NCBI GenBank assembly: GCA_048938005.1 | Contig: JBHLMQ010000064.1 | Coordinates: 1-15,865 of the forward strand | Reading direction: 5' to 3' | Length of the DNA: 15,865 bases | Source of the DNA: Promethearchaeota archaeon | GTDB lineage: Archaea > Asgardarchaeota > Lokiarchaeia > Sigyniarchaeales > SOKP01 | Part shown: positions 15,189 through 15,865 of the stretch, in pieces | How positions within the stretch are numbered: the stretch's first letter is position 1 | Layout: each line of letters opens with the position of its first letter | The notes under the pieces: model-generated | What the model saw: the letters and a program-made list of their open reading frames with translations, nothing else | What the model was told of the DNA's origin: nothing | Databases searched by the model: none | Translations under genes and position numbers: made by a program

Positions 15189-15865
15189 ATGAATTTTGTC
15201 GAGGATTTAATTCAATCAATAAAAGAAAAGAAAAACGTTATTTGTATGGGACTTGATCCTAGAATGGATAATGAGGGAGAAATTCCTCAATATTTAATTC
15301 GAGAATTAGAAGAACCAGATAAAATTATTTCTGAATTTAACAAAATTTTAATTGAAAATACCTATGATTTAATTCCAGTTATTAAACCCCAAATAGCCTT
15401 TTATGAAAAGTATGAAGCTCTAGACGCATTAAAAGAAACCGTAAGATTTGCTCATAAAAATGATTTATTAGTTATATTAGATGCAAAGCGAAATGACATC
15501 GGGAGCACATCTGAAGCGTATGCATATTCTTTATATGAAAATTTTAATGCAGACGCGTGTACGATAAATGCTTACTTAGGATTTGATGGTGTAAAACCAT
15601 TTTTGCATTATAAAGAAAGGGGGGTTTTCATTCTTGTAAAGACATCAAATCCAAGTAGTACAGAATTTCAGGATTTATTTAGTGTAAGATTGGAAGATAT
15701 TTCTAACGATATTGTTCAATATAAAGCTGAAACACAAATTTTAAAGAGGAATTATATCCAAATCGCAGAATTAATAAATAAATGGAGCAAAAATCTATCA
15801 CGATTTTCTGATTTCACTAATTTAGGAGCAGTAGTGGGGGCAACTTTTTCTCAAGAATTAAAAAA
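15189..15865 (+). CDS. pyrF: Orotidine-5'-phosphate decarboxylase, type 2 subfamily (partial; runs off the window)
   Basis: Manual translation MNFVEDLIQSIKEKKNVICMGLDPR...KPQIAFYE...ILDAKRNDIGST...TINAYLGFD...VKTSNPSS...GAVVGAT, with the catalytic DxKxxD motif. It is absent from the ORF track because there is no stop in the window. Confidence 0.95.
   Translation, partial: MNFVEDLIQSIKEKKNVICMGLDPRMDNEGEIPQYLIRELEEPDKIISEFNKILIENTYDLIPVIKPQIAFYEKYEALDALKETVRFAHKNDLLVILDAKRNDIGSTSEAYAYSLYENFNADACTINAYLGFDGVKPFLHYKERGVFILVKTSNPSSTEFQDLFSVRLEDISNDIVQYKAETQILKRNYIQIAELINKWSKNLSRFSDFTNLGAVVGATFSQELK

Overview
AT-rich archaeal-type DNA. It is most consistent with an Asgard (Lokiarchaeia-like) genome; this is an inference from the gene families, GGAG/GGAGGT Shine-Dalgarno motifs, oligo-T terminators and the multi-wHTH regulator. 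From left to right: (1) A large minus-strand secreted/surface protein of more than 1070 aa that is missing from the ORF track because it runs off the window. It has a signal peptide, 7 LVIVD blades, 8 FG-GAP/PQQ-like blades and a hierarchical array of Ca2+-binding TSP3-like repeats (69-bp units punctuated by 144-bp units). (2) A divergent multi-wHTH regulator and a small membrane protein. (3) An 8-gene minus-strand metabolic cluster: corrinoid protein, stand-alone homocysteine S-methyltransferase domain, non-pyrrolysine MttB-family methyltransferase, four-subunit 2-oxoacid:ferredoxin oxidoreductase (delta-alpha-beta-gamma), and an FrhB/FpoF-like F420-binding domain fused to a PyrK-like FAD/NAD/[2Fe-2S] domain. 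(4) hisS, a QW-repeat alpha/alpha-barrel protein and a partial type-2 pyrF. The best candidates for undescribed biology are the FrhB-PyrK fusion translationally coupled to the oxidoreductase, and the MttB/corrinoid/homocysteine-methyltransferase trio, which would move methyl groups from a methylated amine directly to homocysteine.
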